64,000 nucleotides of DNA from positions 1 to 64,000 of the forward strand of contig JAANOX010000081.1 in assembly GCA_020184695.1 (NCBI GenBank), given 5' to 3'. The translations under genes and the position numbers were made by a program. The DNA comes from Histomonas meleagridis 2922-C6/04-290x (lineage: Eukaryota > Protista > Parabasalia). The notes under the pieces are model-generated. The model had not been told where the DNA came from. It ran no database searches and saw nothing but the letters and a program-made list of their open reading frames with translations. Shown piece by piece: positions 1-11,433 of the stretch. Position 1 is the stretch's first letter. Each line of letters starts with the position of its first letter.

Positions 1-2719
1 ATGGCTCGTTCATAAATATGGATCTTTGTTAAAAATTATATTTTACGGAAGCTGGATCAAAAGTAATCCAGTCAATGTTTGGATCAACAATACCGCAAAT
101 TCCCAGCGAATATGGTGGCCCATAACGGTGCGACATATTGGAAACAGCGAGGATTAGCGGAAAATCGGACTATTCTAGTTGCTAGAGGAGTGTGCATTAT
201 AAAGAAAGAACAGAAGAGCAAATAAATAAGTTTTGGTAAATTTTGCGTTTGAATGCGTTTTGATACGATATCCTCAGGGAAATCTCTCTTCAAATAATTA
301 ATTCGAAAGTCACTTTGCTCTGGTTTTTATTAAAATCTTTTGTTAATTATGATTTGATAAACACAATAATAACGAAATAACAAAAGTGAATTAATTTTAA
401 AAAGAAAAGTTTATTCTGAAAACTAAAAATCAAGATAAATAATCCTACATTTCTTAGATTTATTTCAGTTCTGTAAGTCTATTTCCGCTCAGCAAGCATT
501 CCAGAACGAACTACTAAGATGTCAGTTGCCTCCATATGTTCAGTGCTTTTGCCTCTTTATAAAGTCATGTTTAGTCTTTTTGGAAATCCATTACGAATCA
601 TATACATCAGCATTACATATATTTGTCACGCCATTTCATAGAGAAAAACATGGAACTTATATGGGATTTGTTTTACAATCAGTTCAATATCGTTCTAACG
701 GGTGGAAGGCATGTATATAGCTCAATACACTATAATCGGAGCGTTCTTTTGGCTATTTTGTTGGTTGATACTTTGTCTCAAAATGATTTCGTCCCTTTAA
801 CAGAACCGTTAACGGTTGATCCTCAAAGCGACCGATCGCTGCGATGGGATTGAAAACGTTTTCCAAAGTTAACAGGCGACCTGGGTTTGAGGAGTTGGTT
901 GAGAAAGATTGGGATCTAATGATTGAGTGACTGCGTGAAATACAGAATGGGGTCAGCAGGAAGACTTAGCGCTGCTTTCTCTCGACTACAGGTGTTTTGC
1001 CCACGTGTAGGGTAAGAATAAGAATTAAAATCAACTAGGAGATTGGATCAATTAAGCAGCTACTGCTTTGTCGTGGTGATGGAGTAGATGGAACACTACG
1101 GCAGGGTAAATAAGTGTTCTTCTGTCCACTGTCGCAAAGATAAAAATAATTAATTCAAACCATTACCTATCAGTGTATATTTTCAAAAGTCATATTTTCG
1201 AGTTCTGATGAGTCACGTCCTGCTAAGCATTTATAGTGAGTATTATAAATTCCTGATATGATATGAAATGACGTAACAGATGGATCATAATCAGAAAATG
1301 CAACCACATTTTGCAAAAATAGTTTTATCTTTATTCTTTAGCTTTATCAATAAGACTTATGGGTTGGTCAGTAATAGGCAGGGCAGCCGTTTCAATCTGT
1401 CATAATTGGTAAATCATCAAACCTATGCATTACCAAAGCTCAATTGGCTCTAAATAATCAACACCTTATGTTACGTCGAGTGTACCCAATAATTTGATTC
1501 TTTCTTGAGAATCTTTTTTTTTTTTTTTATTTAATCGAATTCATGGGAATAAAAAAGTATATCAGTTTTGTACGTTAGTTTTATACAGTTGTCTAATTTT
1601 ACTTCTGATGATTCAATCTGTTTATCCAATTTTTGTTCATGTAAGAAGTTTTCATTTACTACTTGAAAATTTAAAATTATGCAAAAAGTGACATTAATTA
1701 AAACAAAAAGTGACGAATACAACTTGTCGATCGGAAAAAACTCTACATTTATTAAAGATGGTCATGAAGCAAGAGAATTTATTCGTTCTTTGAGCAGGAG
1801 TCAGTTGCAGGTGTTTCGTGTAAACACCCAAATCATCTCATGGGAAAACGAGATCTTATAACAATGCACAAGCTCAAACAGGTTTATATTTTTAAGATTA
1901 TATCAAGCATTGGTCATTCTACTTCTTTATATTTTGTTTATTTCTATTATTGATAATGCGTAAATCACTCTAATCTTATCGGCAGATTATTTGTCTTTTA
2001 TAAACTGGTGATGTTCGTCAAATTGAATGATACTACAACTTTCGGTATCATGTGTAGAATGTTTAAAATTCATTTCGAACTCATAGTAGATATAATTATC
2101 CAATTGATCATCCGTTAACACGGGGAGTTTTCCTATTATCACAGAAATTTTAACAATTAACCTACCAACCCCAAATGACTAACGGGAGAGATCCGCTGGC
2201 TGATAACGCTAAATATCAACAGAGATGATTATGAAAATTCGTAGATTATTTGAAGTTTTCAAACCACACCAAGAACATATATTTCCTTTCCATCTGAAAA
2301 ATTACACTCTTAGACTGGCATAAGATTATAACTTATCCTCTTTTATGTGAACAAAAAATTGTCAAATGATTCAGTTTCAATGGGGAATGCTTAACATTTG
2401 TTTTTGTAAACTTATTCGTAGTCTTTTAAATATTCTGAAATCCTTAACCACCATTGTCCGCGGAGAAATATAATATTGATGATGGATTGAACGTTAACTT
2501 TGAAACAATTCCAAATCAACTGCGTTTCATGGTTCAAATCATTACATTTACTTCAAGCGTCAGAACGATTTCCATTACTTTTATGGAGTTTCAATATCGA
2601 AGTATTCAAACCTTAAATTTCGTACAATATTCCATTGAATGTCAAAATAGCCGATGTATTATACGATCCATTGTCAAGAAGGCCATTATTTCCGTACGAT
2701 GGAAGTCTTTAGCCTAATT

Positions 2720-3000
2720 CAGTTTGGCAACCTCAAGCGAAGAGACGGCAGACTTAATGCATTCAATTCAGTTGATTCCGTCACCTCATTTTGCCCATAT
2801 TTATACCATATCTGGCTACAGACTGGACAAATCCATTATTTATGTTTCTGAATCCTGCCGGGAATTCTCATTATTTATTCTCTTAAATATGATTATACCA
2901 TTTCGGATGTTCCAATTATCACAGCTACCGTCTTGCTGGGTATTACAACATCATATGAATTTCCCCACAAGAAGCAACTTTAAGAATTTCCGAATCTTTT
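2720..3000 (+). pseudogene. Possible decayed protein kinase fragment
   Basis: PSPHFAHIYTISGYRLDKSIIYVSESC resembles kinase subdomains IV-V (HPNIxxLY...IYIVxEYC). No intact HRD/DFG. Confidence 0.25.
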
Positions 3001-5459
3001 GATAGTTCTACTTCGTGTTGTTATTACAATTCTTTACAAAATTAATGAAAAATGCTGCTTTATCGGTAAATCATTATCTTAATCAGTCATGGATTCATTT
3101 TATAAGAGATACGGCGTATCTAACATAACAAATCTAATCTGGAATTAGTTGGGTAATCCGCCACCAGAAACATTTCAAATGAATTAACTGAATCTTTTTA
3201 TCTCAAATCAGGACTTTAAATTTACCTTCCATTGCAGAAATCTTTTGTTGTTTGAACGTTGAAGAATATTTCACATCAAATAATATCACTTATTTAAGTA
3301 AAATTCGTTGTAGGGGAATTCGATTTATGGAACTCTATTATAAATATTTATTTCAAGAAGATCTTACAAAAATCATTGATGTCTTTAAATCATTATCATC
3401 ATACCTTCATTGTTATTTGGGCTCAGTCAAGAAATAACTGGATAAAAATCGTATGAAAATGTCTTTATTTGATATGATGGATTGCTTCATTAAATTAATC
3501 CATACATCATCAATGGATGCTAACTACAAATAACATCAGATACTACAAAGCGTTGTAATTGCATACCAACGGTTTATTCATCATTTTAGAATCTATTAAA
3601 GGCCTTTAGTTGATGATCGTTCATATTACTTGTCTAAGTTAATTAGTATACAGAAGAGTTTTCAAATTATAACACACACTTAAAAAAATAAGTTTAAGAT
3701 TTCATCGTGTAGCATTTTATCAAATTGTTGCAAGTTGCTTTCAGCATTTTGGTATTATGATATTTCCTGAACTTTTAGTTGACTTGATGATAATGATAAA
3801 TATGATTTATATAATCCGTTCAACAATTCAGCACCAATTATTATTTGATTTAAATTTACATCAGCATAATATTTTAATGGTATCTTATCTAAACATTTTG
3901 TTTGATTCTCTTTGTATACTAACCTTCATATCACTAATAATGTGAATATCATATTCCTAATCTTTACATGGTAATCTCAGGAATTTCTGCTAATAACTAT
4001 TGACATGTGTATTTCAAAAACTCAATGAAAAATGAAAAGATGATAAGGCTCTGTCTTGAAGAGAAGTATTCAAAACAATTTTCAACATTTTACGTCATCG
4101 CTCATACGGTATTAAGCTAACAGTGATACATTAAATAATCTGTTAAATCATTTAAAAATGAAGAAGATCCATTTCCTAATGAAAACGTGTACCATGCAAA
4201 TATGTTAATAATAGAAATATTTGATTATTATTCGTAATGAGTTTTTCTGACTATGACGATAAAAGCACGACAGTATCTACGGCATTAACTCGACCTACAT
4301 TTGGTATAACTAAGCAAACGAATTTCTTAACTACAATGACTTCAACTATAGTTAAATACAAATACCACATTATTATCACTGCTTTCACAACTAAAGGTCA
4401 ATGTGACATACACATTCTTAATTTACAATTATGGTTTTCACGATTCGATATTAACTCGAAAGAAAACGTGATCAATGAATGAGAGCTTCAATATTGATAC
4501 AAAGGTAATAATGAGGAATTAGTAAACATTTAATGCGTTGCCGCAACACCAAATGGATTAAAAGATAAGAACAAGAAGGCGTCAACATTATTGATCATTT
4601 GCTCAATCATGAATGATGGATAATATGTTATAGCCTGAAGATATGAAGAAGTTTGTCGGTGTACGGAAATATTGTGGTTTTCTTCGTTAAATCAGAAAGA
4701 TATAACATTAGAAAGGACAAACTTGCCATTGTCATATTCCCTCGAAAATGATGAAAATGATGAAGAATTCATGTTTTCTACAAAAACTTTGTAAGAATTG
4801 GTGCATTGTTCTTCAAACCAAATGACTTCAAGCTTCGATAGTGATGATAATAAGAAAGTATGTTGATAATTAAAAGTGCAGTCTGCTGTTGTCTGAAGCT
4901 GATTCAGGTCAAACAGACGATGATATTGCTGAAGATGGTCAATAGTGGGAGGAAGTAAGTAATACGCCTTGTTACCTATTTGGTGCTAAGTTCTTCATCT
5001 TGCGTCTTCAGTGCTCTAAAGCGCTGCTCTTCAATCACCGCAGCCTGGTTGCTAAGACGTCATGATATCACGCCGCAGTTGACCTTCGATGAATTGAACA
5101 TTCCACCGCCGATCATAAACCAGCAGAAAAATGTGGTGATACACTCCACCAATTGGTGCAAAAAAGCCTGTCATTTACAATACCACTTCATTCGAAGATC
5201 CCAACATGCGTAGTCAATTTTAAGCGAAATTCAATTTAGCAAATGCTGTTTATAATCATTCAAAAATCGATTCTATATCTCCCTCAAAAGTTTTGTTTTA
5301 CATCACAAAGGTTGGGTACTTGAATGTGGTGTTTCACGATATCATTTTTTTAGCTTAGTGAAAAATTACCTTTCCCAGATTCCAGATATATCAACTCCAG
5401 GACACAAGTCAATAACAAGATCTGAAGAAGTTCTCTGCCTGAAACCACACATTCATGTC

Positions 5460-5650
5460 ATGACCATTGTGGTGCAGGTGAATTTGGGTCTGTTTTTGAC
5501 TAGTCATGGGCAGTTATCAAATTTTAGTTTAAATTCAATTGAAATTGTGGATTAAATTTTTTCCTAAACGTTCTCTACGAAGGTATATGCTGATTGGGAT
5601 GCTTTCATGATTGAAGATACCTCTAAAACGTTTATTTATGCAAACTACGA
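5460..5650 (+). pseudogene. Possible decayed protein kinase N-lobe fragment
   Basis: Translation gives CGAGEFGSVFD*SWAVIKF, resembling a GxGxFGxV glycine loop followed by a VAxK-like strand. Interrupted by stops. Confidence 0.25.
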
Positions 5651-5679
5651 AGATAAATGTCTTATTCTTAAAATCATTG

Positions 5680-5790
5680 AAATAAATAACATAGCACTAA
5701 TATCAATATTTCCTTGTTCAAGAAGTAATTTGGCTATTTCTGTATGACCATTTTCAGATGCTTCAAATAATATCATTATGATTTAATAAG
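5680..5790 (-). pseudogene. Isolated ankyrin repeat relic
   Basis: Minus strand reads ILFEASENGHTEIAKLLLEQGNIDISA, a typical ankyrin repeat, then degenerates into AT-rich insert-like sequence. Confidence 0.65.
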
Positions 5791-8126
5791 ATCGAAAAGT
5801 TTGGGACTTTTGATTTTTCTTATTAAAAGAATTGACAAAATTTATATATTAATTTTCATTGTTTTCGTAAAGTGCATGTTTCCTGTATTTATTGTTAAAA
5901 GTAATGGAATTTATGTGAAATCAAATATGGTTCATGCTTTTAGCACTTGCTCATTTCAGAGATCCTACCAAAAACGTTAATTTAAAGCGGTATCAATGTC
6001 TACAGCAATTTCAATCGTACTTCCAACCTTCATATGAGAGAATTCGACGTGGTCATTCCAGTCATTCAAATGCATGATTACTACAATAACCTGCGGCCTC
6101 AGAGCTCCCGAAGTCCAACTCATGAGGCAGCCATCAGTCACTGATGATATGATAGGCAAGAAAGCTCCTTAGGATTCTGCCTAAATTTGAAGGCTTGAAC
6201 ACAGCTGGAGGTCGTCAGATGATATTGTTTGTCTATGCTACATGACGTATTCCCAGTGATGGTGACGATGTTACTACAACCCATTGTGTTCACTGTGACC
6301 CAAATAAAAATGAGACCAAGAAACGCCATTTGAAACAATTGGATTCTATTTCTCGTGTATATGATGAGTGGTGATTTGCCCTATTGGCAAATATCTATCG
6401 AGTTCACAGATACTTCAAGGCAACTTAATGCGATTGATTGTGGTACCTATACCAGAAACCAGATACCGTTTGTTGCTGATTTAAATGGAGATTTCTAACA
6501 CTAAAGCGTTGAGAATTTTGCATTTGACTTCCAGAGTTGAGAAGATGCTTCTTGTGTGAATGACTTGAGTCAGAAATATAAATGATGCAAAAATGTTTTG
6601 TCTAGAAAAATTTTCATTTTTATTCTGTGCTATAGGAGTAGAAAACCAAAATTAGATTTGGAAAAATGAGGGAAAATAATGAAATCAAATTGATCCATTT
6701 TAAAAAAGAATCTGATATAATGTAAATATGAGGATTTTCCTCGAGTTAATATATTAGAAAAAGCCTTCAGGAATGGATCAAGATACAAACGAACTTGTCA
6801 CCCTCTCTGAAAAAGACCAAGAAAAAGCTCACCAAAAAATTATTTCATTCATGCAACTCACGGAATCACTAGAATCAATTGTCTTTAATCTCAACGAAAA
6901 TAATTTGGAAACATCAGTTCAAGTAACAATTAATTTCTTTGTAGATAGGATGACATATACATTTAACTATCTTGTTTCTAGACTTATCTATTCAGCTTTT
7001 GTTTCCCAAACAAATAATGAAAATATATATATTAAATACTTATTAACTTTAAAAGAAAAAGAAGATGAAAAAGATAAAAACAAAAGTGAAACTGAAGCTA
7101 ATCTTGTTCAAATCTTTTTGTAAATATTTACTGGGAATAGAAAAGCAAGAATCATATTTCCTTCTTGAAAAGATGATCGAACAAGAAATAATTGAACCAT
7201 CTTCAGTAAAGAACATGAATACATTATATTTTTCTCAATACAAAACAAAAAGAAGAAATAAACAAATTAATGAACAAATTTTTCAAGACCAAAACTCATT
7301 GGAGAATTCATCTCAGCACTTGATGAATTATCAAAAGATGATTAGGAAGCTTCATATGCAATATGTAAACGAAGGAGTTAATCCATTAGAAATTGCTAAA
7401 GTACTTCAAAATGATGATTTAGAAAAAGCTTCAAGAAATATCATCACATAATGAGTTTGACTTCAACCAAATAATTAGCCATCAATTTATGAAAGATGCT
7501 CATTTGTTAACAGTTTCATTAATTGATTATTGTGCATTTTATGATCTGATTAAATGTTTTAAATATTTGTTATTAAATAATTCGAATATCAAAAATACAT
7601 CTAAATATGCAATTGCAGGTGGAAACTTAGAAATTATTCATTTATGTGAACAAAACAATTCATCATTTACTGAAGCATATGAAACAGCTATAGAATTTCA
7701 TCGAAATGAAATTTTTCGTTATCTTTATGAAAATAAAATTGGAAAAATTTCCAATGACAGAAAAAATTCATCTTCAATGTTTTCTTTCCAAAATCCATCT
7801 TCAAACTCTTCTTTTACAAAACAGAATTCCAATATCGAAAGTCAAGATAATTGTAATTTAAGTGAAGAAAATTTAATATATCTTGGGAAAAAATGCATAG
7901 AATTTAATAATTATGAAATCTTCATGTTTTTAGAAAAAGAAGGAATGAAAATAAATAATAAAATTATAGAAGAAATAGCATCAAAAGGAAATGCATTCAT
8001 AATAGAAAGTGATATAGAAAGTCAACAAATTCCAAAAACAATTTTACCATATTCAGTTAAATCAGGAAATATAGAAATAGTAAGATTACTTTTTAGATAA
8101 AAGGAATTGATGTTAATTCAAAAACA

Positions 8127-8428
8127 ATTCATTTGAATAATTTTATATATGTTTTTAATAATTTGGATTATGCTTTAATAATTTGAAATATGTTTTAATA
8201 ATTTGGATTATGCTTTAATAATTTTTATATATGTTTTAATAATTTGAATTATGCTTTAATAATTTTATATATGTTTTAATAATTTGGATTATGCTTTAAT
8301 AATTTGAAATATGTTTTAATAATTTGGATTATGCTTTAATAATTTTATATATGTTTTAATAATTTGGATTATGCTTTAATAATTTTATATATGTTTTAAT
8401 AATTTGAAATATGTTTTAATAATTTGAA
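8127..8428 (+). other. Ankyrin-loop insert A (302 nt between SKT and TALH codons)
   Basis: Begins ATTCATTTGAATAAT after aaa aca and ends TTTTAATAATTTGAA before ACA GCA CTT. Composed of ~20-nt tandem units and contains stop codons. Confidence 0.8.
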
Positions 8429-8515
8429 ACAGCACTTCATATAGCAGTTAGATATAATAATATAGAAATAGTAAAATTACTTTTAGATAAAGGAATTGAT
8501 GTTAATGCAAAAAAT

Positions 8516-8615
8516 ATTCATTTGAATAATTTGTAATATGTTTTAATAATTTTTAATATGTTTTAATAATTTGAAATATGTTTTAATAATTTGAAATATG
8601 TTTTAATAATTTGAA
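8516..8615 (+). other. Ankyrin-loop insert B (100 nt between AKN and TALH codons)
   Basis: Same 5' ATTCATTTGAATAAT and 3' TTTTAATAATTTGAA ends. In-frame TAA TAA immediately before FETAL. Confidence 0.8.
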
Positions 8616-8707
8616 ACAGCACTTCATATAGCAGTTAGATATAATAATATAGAAATAGTAAAATTTACTTTTTAGATAAAGAAGGAATTGATATTAATGC
8701 AAAAACT

Positions 8708-8891
8708 ATTCATTTGAATAATTTAAAATATGTTTTAATAATTTGGATTATGTTTTAATAATTTGGATTATGTTTTAATAATTTATAATATGTTTTAATA
8801 ATTTTATATATGTATTAATAATTTGGAATATGTTTTAATAATTTAGAATATGTTTTTAATAAATTTTAGAAATATGTTTTAATAATTTGAA
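8708..8891 (+). other. Ankyrin-loop insert C (184 nt between AKT and TALH codons)
   Basis: Same conserved ends and 20-nt units as inserts A and B. Confidence 0.8.
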
Positions 8892-9300
8892 ACAGCACTT
8901 CATATAGCAGTTAGAAATAACAATATAGAAATAGTAAAATTACTTATTGATAAAGAAAGAATTGATGTTAATGCAATAAGTATTCATTTGAATAATATAT
9001 AATATGACTTTTAGATAAAGGAATTGATGTTAATGCAAAAAATATTCATTTGAATAATTTAGAATATGTTTTAACAATATTTGACTGCAATACAAATTTC
9101 ACAGCAAAAAGGTTATACAGAAATAGTAAATTTACTTCTTAAAAAATTATAATTCAGCGTCTTCTTCTACAAACATCAAATCTTCATTTTCAATAAAAAA
9201 TGGAAATGAAGCATGTTTTGATATAAAATTTACCAAAATAAAGAAGAATTTTTTGATAATAATTAGTGGTCTTAAAGAGTGTTACTGAAGATTTAACACA

Positions 9301-9549
9301 ATTGGTTCACCAGTATTTTTAACAGGTAATGTTTATGCTTTAACAAATGAAGGTAAATATATTACAAATACAACATCAACTGATTGTATTCCATCAGTTA
9401 AAACTACAGGTACTTATAAAGAATATCTAGGTATTTTTGTATCTAAAAATAAAACAGGTTATAAAGCTAATTCCAACATATTATCGTATTACCAACTTGG
9501 TTATGCGTTTAGTATTTGTTATATTGTTAACATTAATAATAATAGATAA
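9301..9549 (+). pseudogene. ATG-less coding fragment, possibly from a Maverick/Polinton-associated gene
   Basis: 82 open codons, IGSPVFLTGNVY...TDCIPSVKTTGTYKEYLGIFV, with almost all third positions A/T. From memory it resembles a highly repeated Trichomonas hypothetical protein family; not verified. Confidence 0.35.
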
Positions 9550-9819
9550 CGTAATGTTTTGTGGTTGATCTTCAGCTATAGTATTTAATGTATTAAGTAA
9601 TACAGATGTAACTAAACGATTTGGGAATGTATGTTGACAAGTGCAAAAGGGCGCAAATTAACTTTCACAAAAAACAATTCAAGAAAATATTTCAAGAATA
9701 AATTTGAATTTAAAAAACGGTTTCATGGATAAAACTTTTGCTGTTAATTTTTCCACACGAGACTAAAGGAACATTATGACTGAGAAACACTTCTATCAAT
9801 AAATCAAGCAATTTTTATT

Positions 9820-11061
9820 TTGAATGAAGAAAATTTCTCTGCATCTTTAAGTTTAATAATCAACAAATTTGATGAAATCCATCCTTTATCTTATGATTTA
9901 ATTATTATTCAAATGATATATTATTCCTTTGCAATTAAAAATAAAAATGTAGATTTATTTTTGAATATTATAAAAGAAATAAGAACATTTGAAGAGAGTA
10001 ATAAAATCAAATCTAATATATTTAATATATTTGGACGATTTCTTAATGATAAACATACACATGAATCATATTATCTTCTTGAACCAAACATTGTAAAAAA
10101 CAATCAGAGTTCTTATTTTGTACATTATATGTCTAAAGAAGAATTAGCATTTAAGGAAATATTATTTATGATTTTGTAAATTATGAAGAACTTTCAAAGA
10201 AAGTTGGGAATTACATAAGAAATTAATTAGAGAAGGACATAATCCAAATGAAATTTCGAAAATAATTCGAAATTATGAAATAGAAAAATTTCAACATATC
10301 ATCACAAAATGATTTTGATTTTAATCAAACAATTGCACCATCACTTTATGAAAGATGTTCATTTATTCAATATAATGTGACATTAACTGATTATGCAGCA
10401 TTTTTTTCTTCTGTTAAATGTTTTAAATATTTACTTATGAATGGCGCATAAGTAAAGAATACAGTTAAATATGCAATTTCTGGTGGAAATGAAGAAAATC
10501 ATTCATCATTTGAAGATGCATATGAAACTGCAATTAGATTCCATTGAAATGATATCTTTCATTATTTTTATGATAATAAATTAATAAAAATAAATAATCT
10601 AGAAGAATTAGGAAAGCTTTGTATTTTATATCATAATTATGAAATATTTTCATTTTTACTTAAAGAAGGAATGAAAATCAATGATGATATTATTAATGAA
10701 GCAGCAAATATTTTTTTCTTAAAGAGCATTCAATTCCGCATGATATATTGATATTTTCAGCTGGATCAGGAAACATCGAACTTGTTGAATACGTTTTAAA
10801 ACAAAAAGGAATTGACATTAATGCTAAAGATATTTATTTGTTTTATTTGATATTTATTTTAATAAGATGATATTTCAAAATAATATTTGGAAATTATTTA
10901 AATTATTTAATACAGCACTTATGGATGCATCTGAAAAAGGCTATACAGAAATAGTTAAATTACTTCTTGAAAAAGAAGGAATTGATATTAATGCTAAAGA
11001 TATTCATTTATTTTATTTAAAAATTTATTTTTATTATATTTACCTTCAAAATAATGGATAA
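9820..11061 (+). pseudogene. DUF3447-type ankyrin-repeat gene copy 2 (multiple frameshifts)
   Basis: Fragments TDYAAFFSSVKCFKYLLMN, KYAISGGNEE and FEDAYETAIRFH, plus ankyrin FNTALMDASEKGYTEIVKLLLEKEGIDINAKD. Confidence 0.75.
10832..10911 (+). other. Ankyrin-loop insert E (80 nt between AKD and TALM codons, non-repetitive)
   Basis: Starts ATTTATTTG after aaa gat and ends AAATTATTTAAT before ACA GCA CTT. The upstream frame hits TGA and the downstream frame is shifted. Confidence 0.75.
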
Positions 11062-11433
11062 ATTACACAACCTGTAAATCATCAATAAAATTTTTGATTT
11101 TTTTTTAGATCTTTATCATCACATGAATAAAAATTTGCTTTCAAATTGAGGAAAAAATATACAGATCATAATGGAAATTTCGAAATCAATTTTTTTAAAA
11201 AATATATTTTTGGAGACCAATATTAATTATCATGAAAGATTAAAAAATAAAAACTTATTGGTACAAGAACCTTGATTACATTCTCCTTTCTTCTCTTATT
11301 GAGAATACAAATGCAGGAACACATACCCTACCCATTATGCTACACCAATGGTCAGATGATTTTATGGTGTGTTGTCTTATGACTTCGTTCACAATGAAAA
11401 GACGAACGTTAAATGTAACAAAAGTGTCAATAA

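Larger units (their letters stand above)
1..6560. other. Decayed coding-like region (mosaic of pseudogene/possible mobile-element relics, no intact ORF)
   Basis: Only short (<95 aa) ORFs on both strands. Sequence is visibly less AT-rich than true intergenic DNA elsewhere, with protein-like stretches broken by many stops and frameshifts. Confidence 0.45.
8130..8891 (+). repeat. 20-nt minisatellite arrays (consensus TTTTAATAATTTGRAWTATG) inside ankyrin inserts
   Basis: Direct inspection: about 15, 5 and 9 imperfect units in three arrays, with variants ...TTGGATTATG, ...TTTATATATG and ...TTGAAATATG. Confidence 0.9.
6773..9140 (+). pseudogene. DUF3447-type ankyrin-repeat gene copy 1 (frameshifted, repeats interrupted by inserts)
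   Basis: ORFs 6773-7123, 7065-7451 and 7489-8100 join into one protein with LIDYCAFYDLIKCFKYLLLN, KYAIAGGNLEIIHLCEQ and AYETAIEFHRNEIF motifs. Downstream are ankyrin units FETALHIAVRYNNIEIVKLLLDKGIDVNAK, each broken by an insert. Confidence 0.8.

Noticed and set aside
1205-1290. Hammerhead ribozyme core (CTGATGAGTC...GAAA)
   Set aside because: The only stem II partner (GACGTAAC) lies after, not before, the GAAA, and stems I and III cannot be formed.
8516-8619. Canonical GT...ACAG intron using GTAATA and the ACAG of the TAL codons
   Set aside because: The GT is present in only one insert, ACAG is explained by Thr-Ala codons, and such splicing would delete the conserved T of TALH.
8598-8620. 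TAA read as a sense codon (alternative genetic code) to explain stops in ankyrin genes and the transposase
   Set aside because: Conserved genes here (RPL10, RPL23A, RPS12, PTPA) end at TAA in the expected positions, and the inserts also shift frame.
8130-8891. 20-nt repeats as a CRISPR array
   Set aside because: The units are directly adjacent with no unique spacers, there are no cas genes, and the context is eukaryotic.
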